A stretch of 64,000 nucleotides of DNA. It comes from Chrysomallon squamiferum (Eukaryota > Animalia > Mollusca). The stretch covers positions 12,958,001 to 13,022,000 of the forward strand of contig CM022672.1 in assembly GCA_012295275.1 (NCBI GenBank), in the 5' to 3' direction. The first letter of the stretch is position 1. Every line of letters begins with the position of its first letter. The position numbers and the translations under genes were made by a program. This document shows positions 1 through 13,861 of this stretch, piece by piece. Below the pieces are notes generated by a model that ran no database searches, was not told the origin of the DNA, and worked only from the letters and a program-made list of their open reading frames with translations.

Positions 1-3000
1 GTCTAAAATGAAAGAAAAGTAGACATGAAATGTGTTCTGAATGTGGAAGAAATTAATAATGATGTAAGATAATATAAACTGATTTCTTGATTTCATGATT
101 AGAATGATATTTTTATGGAATAATTAGTTTTTATTAATTTAATAATTAACAATAACTGAATGTTTTGAAACTATTTTAGCTTTAGATTTCCCATACCTCT
201 GCGACCACACCCGACTCTGATGGACAGAGGGAGAATGAAGTTAAGAAGTAGATTCATGACTCTGTCAGCTGACTGAAAAGCTGCAGGTCCTCCACAGATC
301 TGTTCAAGGGAACACTGATCCTGTTGAAAAACAAAAAGATTATTGTATCATAAATTAAGAAAAGCAAAGTGGTACTTGAAATTTAGATTGCATTTGTGGA
401 CAGTCATTGAAAGAAATATTTATTATATTTAAAGAAAACCATAAAATATAAACTCTGTTCAAGATACCAAATTTACACAAACATGCACACTTACTATGTT
501 TCTGCATGCATTTAATTCATGAAACAGTTAAAAACTAGCTTCTCTAACACTGAATATTTTTCACTTAATAACCATTTTTTTCAAAATCTCAAATACTATT
601 TCATAAAATCTCATTTCGTATAACATAAAATCTACTGTTTTTATTTTGGAACAGACTTTCATACATTTAAAAAGTTCAGCTTTGCCAAGAACTAATAACA
701 AAAATTAATTTTTAAACCTACCCCTAAAGCCATCATCTGCATGGCAACAAGCTTAACAACAGAGGAACAGAAGATGGGTGGAACATCTCTGTAATCTCGG
801 CCGGTGTGGACATTGCCCATGTTGTCAGTGTAGACACCTCCAGACAGCAGAATGCTGATCAGAACATTCACTAGAGTCTGAAAACAAAAGTTGATATGGG
901 TTTAAAATCACTGAGACAAAACTGATATTATCTTACAAATAGTTATTCCATTATTTATATATCCAATGAAATTAATCAACTGAATGAGTGCAAAACTGAA
1001 AATACCCAGTGGTAAAAGATTTTGGTCTTCATTTAGTTAATACGAATAAATCAAGAAAATTTCAGTTTCTAATTTCTGTTTGTATAGATAATAATGAATA
1101 GAACAATAAACAAATTTGTTTTTGTTAGGATCATTAAAAAATTTTAAAACTTTAAAAATTATAATTATATGTAGGTTATACATAACAATTTCCAAACACC
1201 TTAAAATTTTAGTAAATACCTTTAGGTGAGGTAGATGAGCAATGTACAGAAATTTTCTCAAAGTTAAATAAACTCCTAAAATGTAAAATAAAACGTGAAT
1301 TAAAAAAAAAAAAATAAAACATTTAAATCTTGATGAACAATCATTCAATAATTATTTTCTTAACTGAACACCAAGTGATGGCCTATCAGGTGAGTTAACA
1401 TTAAATTTAAAGTTGTCATTTCATTAGAAACAAATACTAGTGTTTAAGAAATATATTGTATATACTAGTCTTTAAAAAAGAACGCTAATGTTTTTCAACT
1501 TATTCAAATTATTTTTATTTAAAAGCAAACTGATTATGCATTCATGAAATCATAATCTCAGTGTTTTTTTTTCAATATACATAGTTTAAAGTATAACCTA
1601 AATAAGATGTCTTATTTTTCTTAACACGTAAAATGTAATATATATATAAATTATCACTTTACCTCTGAGAATCTCAGCAGCTGCTTCCCAGTCAACTTGT
1701 TTCTAGAAAAAGAAAATAATAATTATTTCAAAAAAAAAAAAAAAATGTAAGTATTATAGCTACATCATTCAACAGTACAGAAAAAAACATTTAAAGTTAA
1801 TACCTTGTTTCAGTAAATAAATACAATTATTAACAGAGAAATTAAGATTATAACATCAAAGATTTGTTTCATCTTAAACACATATCTCATAATCTCAACT
1901 TCTCTGTTAATATCTGTGTACATCAGAATATGTACTATAAAATATACAGACAGGCAGAAATAAGAAAGGAATTTATTAAGCTTTTTCATTTATGTAATTT
2001 TCCACAGAGTCAAATTTAACTTGATTAAATTGGAATTTCTTCTCAAAATGTATGTTAGAATGTAAACATGTATCTAAATACAGACACTTTTGAATGTTTT
2101 AATTTTCTGAGCTAAGTATAATTCAACACTTACACGCAGTACTGATTTCTTGTAGACCTTTGTGAAGAGTCGATCTAAACGCCTCAAGATGAGATTCAAC
2201 GCTGGTCTGATGAGTTCCTGAGACCAGTCAGTGGTTGGTAAGATTTCTGTCATGTATCTGTGAAAATTAGAGTTAAAAAATCCTCAGTGTAAAAGCAATA
2301 AGTTTTGTGTAGTAGTAATAATACAGTTATATAAAGTATCTTAAAAAGGATTTTTAAATTATCTTATTATAAAAATGAAAGTCAAGATGCTGAAATTTTT
2401 AAATTTTAATTTATCACGAAAATGTAAATATACTTGTTTTCTCATTATTGACCACAAACAACAAAAATGTTGTGAAAACAACACAATCTGTACATACATT
2501 GTTTCAGAAAATAACAAGTCTGTATTTTAGTGATCACAACAATCAGATATCAGTAATGATATGTCATATGTAAAAACACTATATATATTAATTGCTTATA
2601 CTTATTAAAATAAAATAAAAAGAAGATTTAGCCTTTAATTGTGTTATTAAAAGTATTATAAAGACTGCCAAGTATGATCTAGAGTAAAAAGTAAATTTTT
2701 AAAGAATAAGAATGTTTTGCCTCTGTAATCCTGTGCAAGCCATGGTCAGTGGATCGTACGGTGCAAGTTTCAGCATTGTGTGTGCTATTTCAGCTAGCCT
2801 CTGAAAAATTAAATTAAACAATAACAACAAGAACATTAATTAAAGTCATAAAGTCTAAATACATAATTTAAAATATCACATGTAATATTTTCAGATCATT
2901 TCAAACCTATTAAAACTTGAATAACAGCCATATTAAATTCAGTTTATATTGTACTATTTTACATAGGCAAATATTTTTTTTTTGGTAAAAGATATACTGT

Positions 3001-3959
3001 ATCACAACAAAATACACAAAAGAATACAATTTTTTAAAATGTCCAAATTTAATACACTTTAACTGTTTATCACTTCAAACAATATAATTAATTCAACTGT
3101 TCTTTTATACAAAGCTGACATTTGTACTGAAAATATATCACAGACAGCCAATCTGCACACAAAGTAAAACTGTAACAACAGAACTGTACACTTACATTGT
3201 GTGTTTTGTAATCAAACAGTTCTGGAGGTCTGAATGACGGATCAGCTAAGATCTTGCGAATTTCTTTAAGTCGATTCACACAGGTGGTGTAAAACTCAGC
3301 CAGAATAGCAAGAAGAGAGTCACGTGGTTTGCGGAATTCATTCCGAAGTTCAATGTCGTCTGGATCAGGAGCAAATGTTTTTCTTCTCCCTTCTTCCATA
3401 TGTCTTGTGTAACTATTATGAAATCAGTGTGGAAAACATTTTGCAAACACTGTTTGTTAATTTTACACAAAGACTCTTTTACTACTAATTTAATATATGT
3501 ATAAGTAACAGAAAAACAGAGACTGCAAACAGTAAATTGACACCTACATATCTTTCCTTTTTCTCTATCAGATATATATGCACATTTTCAAAAATAGTTT
3601 TAAAAAAGCACAAACACACACACACACACACACAACACACAAATTTACAAAAACACATTACAGATATGTGTAAAAATATTAATAACAAGATGATTTAACT
3701 GAAATATTCAAAATATTTTTAGATAAAGAGAATAAAACATTATACCTTGCATGTGAATCTTCACGGTCATCACCTGTCAGTGAATGCACACTGTGGTTCT
3801 GTACTGGTTTCAGATTTGAACTCACAATATCCAGCGTTCTCTGTGGCAAAGCCATGTTTCTAAAACAACAAGAATAATTGTAAAACACTAAATATATGTA
3901 CACACACAGACACATAATCTATATATTTATATATCTCTATATATATATCTATATATATT

Positions 3960-4021
<62 letters not shown>

Positions 4022-7000
4022 TTACTACCAAGAGGAGGTAAAGTTAGTGTACCTAGTGAAGTATTCACAACAGCTGATCAAAGCTTTCAGACTGGAGGCA
4101 ATGCTGGTGATGGTTGCTATCTCGGCTCTAGCAGAACTTGGGTTGTCTCTCTGTGTCGTTTCCTTCTTCAGATTCTGTAGATACCTTGGCACTATCACCT
4201 CCAGTATTGTCTTAAATATGAGAATATAAAATAATTTCTAAATGCAATTAAGTCCATGAAATTACCAAATAAAATGTATGAAAATCTAAACTAAACTGAT
4301 TGTAAAAAAATATATAAAATTAAAAGGATGGAAAGGATTTTTTTTTAAATAAAATGTCCAGATATATCTTTTGATCATTCATTTGGCCAATTCCAAGAAA
4401 TTAATATTAATTGTTATTAAAATATTATGAAAGAAAAATAATCTTTGTTACATTTTAATTATAAAAATTATTAACACTGTCACCTTATATATTGTTTATA
4501 TTTTCTGTTACTTTTAAATGCTTTTATTTTTTTTCACTGAAACCGTTATTGTTTTATCATAACAGACATTTTGGATATCAAAATTAATATTCAGTAAAGC
4601 TATTAATATAAGAGAAACATGGGTTCAGTAATGAATACCAGTGAGAACAAAACTATTTACTAACCAACATTTGACTGCTCCGATATGAGTCTGGTGCATA
4701 GGCAATCACAGTTATACACATATTTATCATATCCAACATGTTGAGAGTGTCTGGGTCATTCTCATAGCAGAAATCCTACAAAAAATTAAGAGAATGAATT
4801 AAATATATAATACAGATAACTTTTAATACAAAATTCCCTTTCCTAATTCAAATACAGCAAGAACATCAGAAAACAAAATGATTCCATTTTACTAAAAAAA
4901 AAAAAAGTGTATATATACACACACACACACATATAGATATATATATTTTTATAAATAATAACAATGACAGTAACAAAAAAAATTAAAAAAATTATGTCCC
5001 TTTCATGGCTTATGTTAAAATTTAAAGTGAAAATACTAGTCAATACTTCTAAAACATTTTATTAATACTATCTGAACATCTATATTTGACTTGTAATTTT
5101 ATTCTTAAAAAAACACTAACCAGTGCAGAAAGAGGCTTTGGTCCTTTAACAAGATCTAGCAAGCCAAGATTGTCAGGACAGTCCTTCTCCAGTGACACCA
5201 GCAGCTTAAAGAATGCATTCGGCTGAACCTACATAGAAATTGTAAATACATGTAAAATTTTATAAATTTTCACTGTATTACTTGACACAAATAACAAAAT
5301 ACACATATCATGTGTTGATTAAGCTAGAGTTACAAATGGGAAGATAAGTCTATGAATGTTAAAATATTAACCAAAAAACCCTGCCAAAAACCAAGAAAGC
5401 AAGCATTTAATGAGGTAGGGTTTTATATATACACACACACACACTTTATTTTTGTTTTTCATCTATTTATTTATTATTTTTAATAGTATAGTATTTATCA
5501 TTACCATCATTTTTATCATTAGGAGTAGCAGTAGTAGCAGTAGTAGTATTTACCATCATCACCACCATTATCATTGTCATTATTATCAGTAGTGCTAGTA
5601 TTTAACTTTTGGGAGGGCTCTACCTCAAACAAAATCTTAAAATATTGTAATAAATGAAAGTTTATTTAATCTATTCTATTTAATATTTTTACATTAGCTG
5701 TGTGATTTTTTGAGAGCAGAAATCCAGAGTTGGCAGAAACATCAGACTCATCTTATCAGTTAAAAACAAGGAATATTTTATAAGCAATTTGTCAAGAAAG
5801 TATGTAACTAGGGCCTTTGATACCCAACTTAGGAGGTCTAGATGGAATGGATACATACGTGCTACAACAGAATTGATATTTATTTAGTAGTTCTTACTTT
5901 GTTACAATCAATAATCCCACTGGCAGCTGATGTCATATCAAGAATTGGTGCCACACTTCCAAACATCTGCAGTATGAACGGTTTCCTGTGAAGGATGTAG
6001 AACTGACGACATACAAAGTGGATGGCTTTCTTCAACACTAAGTTAGGCTGGTTGTTGCTGTATACTCTCAGCAGAGTTGGCATCACATACAGAAATCTGT
6101 AATAAAAAAGTCCACTGGAGAAGACTGTTTGTAATTATCTACTAAAATGTATTTGCTGCTTTAATATGTATCAATGTGCAATCAGTGTACAGCCAATGTA
6201 TTTGAATTGTTTAATATATGAAACAGTATTAACCATGAAACAAATGCATTGCAAAGTATTATTTAGAAATAAACATCAAGAAGCAAATTAGTTTTAAAAA
6301 AACAAACAAACAATAAAACAGATAATGAACTAAAATAACTATTAAAGGAAAAAACAAAACAAGATCATTTTATCTAACCACAACACTGAAAATGACATTA
6401 TTTTTTGAAAGTTCTACTTATAAGTCCGGAAGAACATTTTTATTTTTATAAGAAACTGTAGATTGTTTTGGGGATTTTCTTTTTTCATATCTTTTAATTA
6501 AATCCTTACCCATTTGATGAAAATATGTGTTTGAAGTGCTTGGATGTGTTAATAATGGAAGCCAGACAGTATCTGAGAATTGCAGTGTCTTCAAACAACA
6601 ACACTATGGTTCCATTGAGGACATTCAGAAACAGAGGTAGATCATTTGACCAGGCAAAGGTGCTAGACATTGAGTTAAACATCGTTGTCATCAGCTGAAA
6701 AATAAAAATTCTTATATAGAGGATTGGCAAAATAAAGATTATTAAATGAGGTTATTAATTAAAATAAACTGTTGCATATTGAAAAATGCATTTCTGGGAT
6801 AAATATAATAGAACATCTGGAATAAGAATATACTTTGATTTTTCATATTCATGGTATCTACTAACACTAAACTGATTTATAAACTTTTGATGTTTTACTT
6901 TTATTTTTATTTGACTATTGGCCATAATTGCATTAACCCTTTTTATTTTAATATTTTAATTAAATTAAAATACCTTTGCCCATGAATACTTGTGGAGGGT

Positions 7001-10000
7001 ATCCAATCCATATAGTTCCTGAAAAATAAACAATATAAAATCAGTATTCTATCTTATTATATTAATTATATTAGTTATAAAATAACTGATAGTGACAAAG
7101 GTAATATTTTTAAACAATTTTTTTCTTATTTATATTATGTTATGTTATTATATATGTAACATTATTTTAAGAAAACACATTTTAAAGGGCAAAACATTCA
7201 AAGAACAGTAATAATAATGAAATGATTACTTGAATCTTTGTTTCTAGTTTTCCTGTGGTACTTGGAAAGATTTGTTTTCTTCTTTTAATTTATTTCTTTA
7301 TTTTTGCTATTAGTATTATTTAAACTTTTAAAGGATTGAAATATTTTATAAATTTTACAAACATTTTAGCAGTAGATAACATCTTTGAAAATCACTGTTC
7401 CAATTTTAAAGATTTTGTGTGTTTAATTTGTCCAAGCCCTATTCTTTTTGGTTTTTTTTAAGAAATTCTATTTTTCTAACACAACACTTAAAACTTTCAG
7501 ATAAATTATTATTCGAGGTCTAACATTACCTTGCCCCATTCTCCTTGATACAAATCAAATTCTGCTTCCAGTGCTTTGCGAGGGAAAGCTGGATGTTTCA
7601 GAAATTCTTCATGCAGAAATGACACATGATTTTGTAGCTGAAATTACAAAATTAAAAAGAATTATTAAATTATTTATCAAGTCTAAACATGTAAAAAAAT
7701 AAATGTTGATTAAAAATCTGGATATATCATTGCATAATATAAGAATTTAAAAAACAAAATGTATTGACGGTCACCATTAAATGAATTAATTATTTATAAT
7801 CATAAAACAGCTATGTAAATGATTTCAAATTTCATGGAATATGCTTCAAATACAGAAATGTCGACTGAACAAAAAAACTTTTCATTTACCTGGTGGCTGG
7901 GGGTACTTTCCAGAACAGTGGATGTGAAAAGAACTTTTCCTACTTCAACAAACTTCAGTGTGAAAACCTGCAAAAGTAAAATAAAAATAAATGCTGAATG
8001 AATGAATAAATACTTAAAGAATGTTTAAAGATACACTAGCACACAAAATTGGGTAGCTAACCAGTAAATGTTAGCTACTTGTACCATTTTAATGTACAAA
8101 TTATAAAGTATATTAATATTTAACCTTTTTTATAACACTGTTATTAACAGTACTGCTCAAATAAAAATATGAATAAATTATTTAATGAATGTTTAAAGCT
8201 ACACTAGCACACAAAATTCTTCAGCTGTTGGGTAGTTAACCAATAATTGTTCAAGTGTTTCAAATACACTTATTAAATAAACAGTTTATTAATAAAATTT
8301 CAGCCACAATATTAAAAATAAAGAAAATGAAAATTAGGATACATTTAAAACCAAGAAACACACTGAATTTATTTCTACCATTTTAACTTACACATTATAA
8401 AATATATTAATTTCATAACAGTAATGCTAAAAGAAAAATATGTTTATAAAAATGTATTATAAACACATTATCATAAACTATCATTCAGTTGTCCTGTCAT
8501 GCCAAACTAAGTAGATAACATACTCTTTTCTGCAGAGCCAAGGATGCTGTCTCTGGATCCATGTGCACCAAGCTAAGCTGAGGGTAGAAACTACGACGGA
8601 AGAAATAGTAGTCTCTCACATACGCATTCATATTCTGTGGTTGGTCTGCAGTAGAGAAAAATTCATTTTTTTTCACAGTAACTACCACCATTATTTTCAT
8701 AGTATACCAGTCAGTAAGGAGTAAACAGAAATTTGACTTTTAGATTACCTTGAAATGTAAAATGGTCAAATGATATATATAACAATAACAGGAGTAATTC
8801 ATTGCATGTCCTTTTATGAGATTCCACTGGTGAATGTTTTTCAAAACTGCTACTGGTAATGTAACAATATAGGCCAATAGTTCATTTTCAAATATTAGTG
8901 AAAACAACTGAAAACAACATAATAACAAGTCTAAATTCATCCCAATCATTCTGAAAAAAAAAACTATCCACTGAAAAATGTATTCAAAACTTAAGGAAAT
9001 TAAAAATACGCCTAGTTGTTGTAATTTATATTTACATATTACACTGAGACCTTTGCAGAAACCACTTATTTAGTACTAAATTAATAAAAGAACCAGACAA
9101 AACTTCTTCTACATCTTGTTAGTAAAGCCATTGAAAATTATATTCAGAGCTTCAGAAGGATAAAAACTAATCCTAGATCTTGTCATTTAACATGTAAATA
9201 TATTTAGAAATATATAAAAACAACCAATTTACAACTAAAATAATACTGACGAGTTTTTGTGTCCACTAAGAAATGTGTATCATGTTGGTCCTCTGGAATG
9301 TTGAAGAACTCCAAACTTTCCTGGAGAATGTGACTGAACTGAGTATCCTAATAAATAACAATAAAAATAATTATTTAATGTACACAAACATTCAGAAGTA
9401 CTAAATTCACATCTTTGTAAATAACAATCTCATAAAGTAAATAAACAAATACACAGATACACAGACAAAGATCTACAGGATGTTGTTCTTGTTTTGTTTT
9501 GTTATTTCACTTTTATAGTCAACATTAAATTCAAAATACATAAACTAATAATAAGAAATAATAAATAAATACATAAATAAATATATATGTATATATTTAG
9601 GACAGCTAAGAAGATTTCATTTTACAATAAGTGAAGTTTTCTCCTCACCTCGTGTATGGGCAGCTGGGATGGGATACTGGACAAATCAGGTCCATGTACC
9701 AGAATCTTTTTGGCACAAGCCACATTGGCTGACACCAACAAATATGGCTAAAAAAATTATTTAACAAAATGAAAATTATAAATATTATTTACATAAATAC
9801 ATTTGGAAAATACAGTATTTTAAACATCAAAATAAAATATTTTAAAGATTAGTTCAGCTTTAAGACTGGGCACTGACTGTAAACCAAAACCAAATAAAGA
9901 CAGACATACATCATTCAGTATTTTTAATTTTCAGAATATGTCAGACTTAATTATGTTAGACAGAAGTTTGATAAGTCTCAAGTTATTGATCTTTCCAAAT

Positions 10001-13000
10001 CAATGGGATATTAAACTGTATACTATTCATTCTTTTCATCTAAAATAAATAAACAAATGAGGGAAATTCTAGTTTTTCAGAAAAGTGGAGGCCATCAATT
10101 TAACAGGTCTAATTTACTAAACAAAATGAGCTTCGGTCTAATAAAAGATTTAAAAAAAAAAAGAAATAATAATAAAATAAAATAAAATCAGGAAAGAAGA
10201 CAACAAATGAAGGTAAATATAATGGATACTCCTCGTGGATCTGTATGCTTATGAGCCTATTCACACACTTACATCACACTGTTCCTTTTTCAGAGTCTGT
10301 TTCAAGTCTTTAAAATAGATTCCCTCAACACATGGAGTCACCTGCAGAGATAAACAATACACTATAAGTTATAAACAATTAATTATAACTGACTGAGTAA
10401 TCATTAAATAGATTAAAATATTATATGTTTCAACTTTGCTTATTATTACAATTTTTTTTTTTTTTATTGTGTATTTTTTTTAAAAACAACAATAAATTAA
10501 ATAATTTATAAATGTTAATAATTGAGCAAATAAATCAAATGTATGCCTCCTTTTTATTTTTTAAAGCAAATCCCTGTTCAATGATTAATGTGGAGTTTTT
10601 TTTAATAAATTTAATTCAGTTAGTGTCATACCATTGAAAGAAGTGACAGAGCTCCTGCTATGGCTTCTTGGCCTCCTTCACAGGGAGATCTCACATAGAA
10701 CATCACATAGCCAATCTGAAAACACAAACCACATCATCTCACAAGACAATGAATTTACAATAACAGACTGAAATAGGTTTACTGAAATTATAGTGAGACA
10801 AAGAAATAAGATACTGAAATAATGAGACATCATCTCACAAGACACTGAATTTACAATAACAGACTGAAATAGGTTTACTGAAATTATAGTGAGACAAAGA
10901 AATAAGATACTGAAATAATGAGACATCATCTCACAAGACACTGAATTTACAATAACAGACTGAAATAGGTTTACTGAAATTATAGTGAGACAAAGAAATA
11001 AGATACTGAAATAATGTGACATTGATATTGTAAGTTACTGAAATGATGAGATAATGAAATATGACTCTTGAGGATGAATTTATGACACACTGGAATAATA
11101 ACGAGACACTGAAATATGGTATTGAATGTGTGAGACACTGAAACTGCAATAATTTGATGTGATACTGAAATGGTGAGATATAGAAATAAGACACTGAAGT
11201 GTAAACTTTTGATTTGTATCAGTACTTTCAATTCAATATTTATACATTAAGTTAAAAAAAAAAAGATATTTAATTTTGTTTTTTTCATATACCAAGGACA
11301 ACAAAATAATGGCTAAATGTTTTACCAAGTAATTGAACATGGAGTGAGCTGTCTGTGCAGGTAGCCGTCTAAAAAACAACACAAGTTTCCTCAAAAGAAA
11401 CAACAGTTCTTCCTGTAAAAGATTTTTTTGAAATATAAACATTTAGAAAGGAAAAGTTATATCCAATAATATTTTAGACACAACATATAGAAATCTGGAA
11501 ATAAATGATGTTAAAAATTAAACAGGTAAAAGAAAATAATTTCTATGATTAACATATATTCTTAAATAAAAAATTGTTTAAGGTGTACCACTGACCTGTT
11601 TGTCTTTATTTGTTAATTTCTCCAGGAAATGACGAAGAAAGAGAATGGGATCCTCCACAATACATCCCCAGATAACTTTTGTGGCCACTTCAGAAACTGA
11701 AAATACAAGCAAGCAATTAATAATGTTTGTCAAAAAATAAATTTCAGTGAATATTGATGCGACAGTCTAAAACAAGAATTACTGTTGTACTGTTTCACAG
11801 ATATCAGTGAATAAAGAAAAATAATATAAAAAATATTTTAAAAAACTAGGACAAGCTTTGAATGACAACTAAGAAGAATTGATCCCATAATATTAAGTTT
11901 TAAGGTATTGCATACATGAACAAAAACAATGGTCTACATAATATGCTGTATTATTTCAGTAACTGCTTTTATTTTATAATTTTAAGTAATATTTCTGAGA
12001 TATTTGAAACTAACAGAGTGAAAAATGCTTCTCAAACAAATCTGTGGTTTACATTTAAATATTTTAGTTTTTTCTGGTTAAAGAACTACTGCAAAATAAG
12101 TCTCAACCAAAAATATTTATATACAGTAAATGTCAGTGGGAGGTTTTCCTTTGTAACCAGATAGAAAGTAGAATATCAAATAATACACATGTCCAAAGAG
12201 TTATTACCACTGTTTCATAATTTTCATAAAATGATTAGCTCTAAGTTAATATGCTCATAAAAACAATACTAAAGAATGAAATAAAAATTTAATGATGCAC
12301 TGAACACTATTTTTAATCTTCAGTTATGTAACACTATACAGTCAAAGACAATACAAATAATAAGAGGAATCCTGTTAATCATTTATGAATAAGCAGCAAA
12401 TAATCTTTTACATGAATCTTTACGCAGAAAACAAAGTACATGATGCACTTTGAAAAACAGAGCACTGGTTGGAATGGGAAACATTCCAAGGAAGCCCGAA
12501 CATTCATATATTAATATTAAAAATAAAGAATAAATTTAAAAATTAAAAAACTTTCTGTCATTACCTGCAATACCATCTTCATTGACATCCTGGTCCACAA
12601 GGAGGTGCAGGATTGGTAAAACAGTGGCACAAATGCACGATGGGAAAAATGTCTGTGTTATATGCAAATGATGGCCGTGATCTATACGATCTTCATCACC
12701 TGAAGAAATTCATAGTCAACAATAACAAAGTATCCTTTGTTAAATATAAAACATTTACTTATTAATAACTCTAAAAAGAAACTGAGCTTTGTCATTTATA
12801 CATGTGAAATATGGAGGTGTAAATATATGTAATAACAGATTATTAAATATAAAATATATAATAATAGGTTATTAGATATAAAAATTTAAAAAATATAACA
12901 TTACATATCTGACATGGTTGTGTCAGTTAAAAATAATTTAAGTTTAATTTCAAAATACAGTAAGTAAAAGCAACGTACTCCATTAAGGTAAAAACAAGTA

Positions 13001-13824
13001 TAACAAAGATGTATTTTAGGAATGAACATGTTTTCACAACACCAGAAGGATTCTGTGCAGCAATGTTTACACAACAGGAGGAGACAACAAAAACACAAGA
13101 GAACAAGAGTGCTGCACATACCAACAGCATTTAACAAGTCTTTTTAACAAATGTAACTGCCAGTATCAATTCTGTCATTCACAGATTCTTAATTTGTCTA
13201 CTAGCTTAATTACCAGTTTTAAAATCCCTAAGTTATTTAAAAGGCAACATAAGGTTGCAACGTTACCGAATAAAATGAAAATAAAATTGATAAATATTGA
13301 AAAGATGTAATACATATTAATGTAAAATACATGTATATATATTTAAAAGTAGTAAATGCTAAGTGACTAAAGCTAAGAGAACATCATTATATAATAATAA
13401 ATAAATAAATAAATAAATAAAATAAAATTAATAGTAACAACATCAATAATTAAAAATAACAATAATACATTTTTTTCTCTCTTTAAAAACAGAGATTACA
13501 AAATTCCTAAACAACTTCTACATAAACAAAAAAACAAAAATATATATGTATATCTGCAACTAGTTAGTTAGATGTTGATGCATGCTGTAAGATTAGTAAT
13601 TTCATTTACATATGCAAGACAAATTAGTTTCAAAATTCAAATTTTAGTAGTTTGCTATGCATTGCAAAACCAATGTTCAAGTGCACACATCTATGAGTAA
13701 ATAAAATTAAACAGTGTTTATAGTCAGGTTATATTCATACTTCTATTCGAATAAATCTTTCAGACAAAAAAGACCATTTTCTTAGTTCTTAGCCTTTTCT
13801 TTATTTTCCTTTTTTTTCTATCTT

Positions 13825-13861
<37 letters not shown>

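Noticed and set aside
10678-11231. Periodic hydrophobic ORFs / CRISPR-like array
   Set aside because: Pure 96-bp tandem repeat with no unique spacers, inside a eukaryotic intron.
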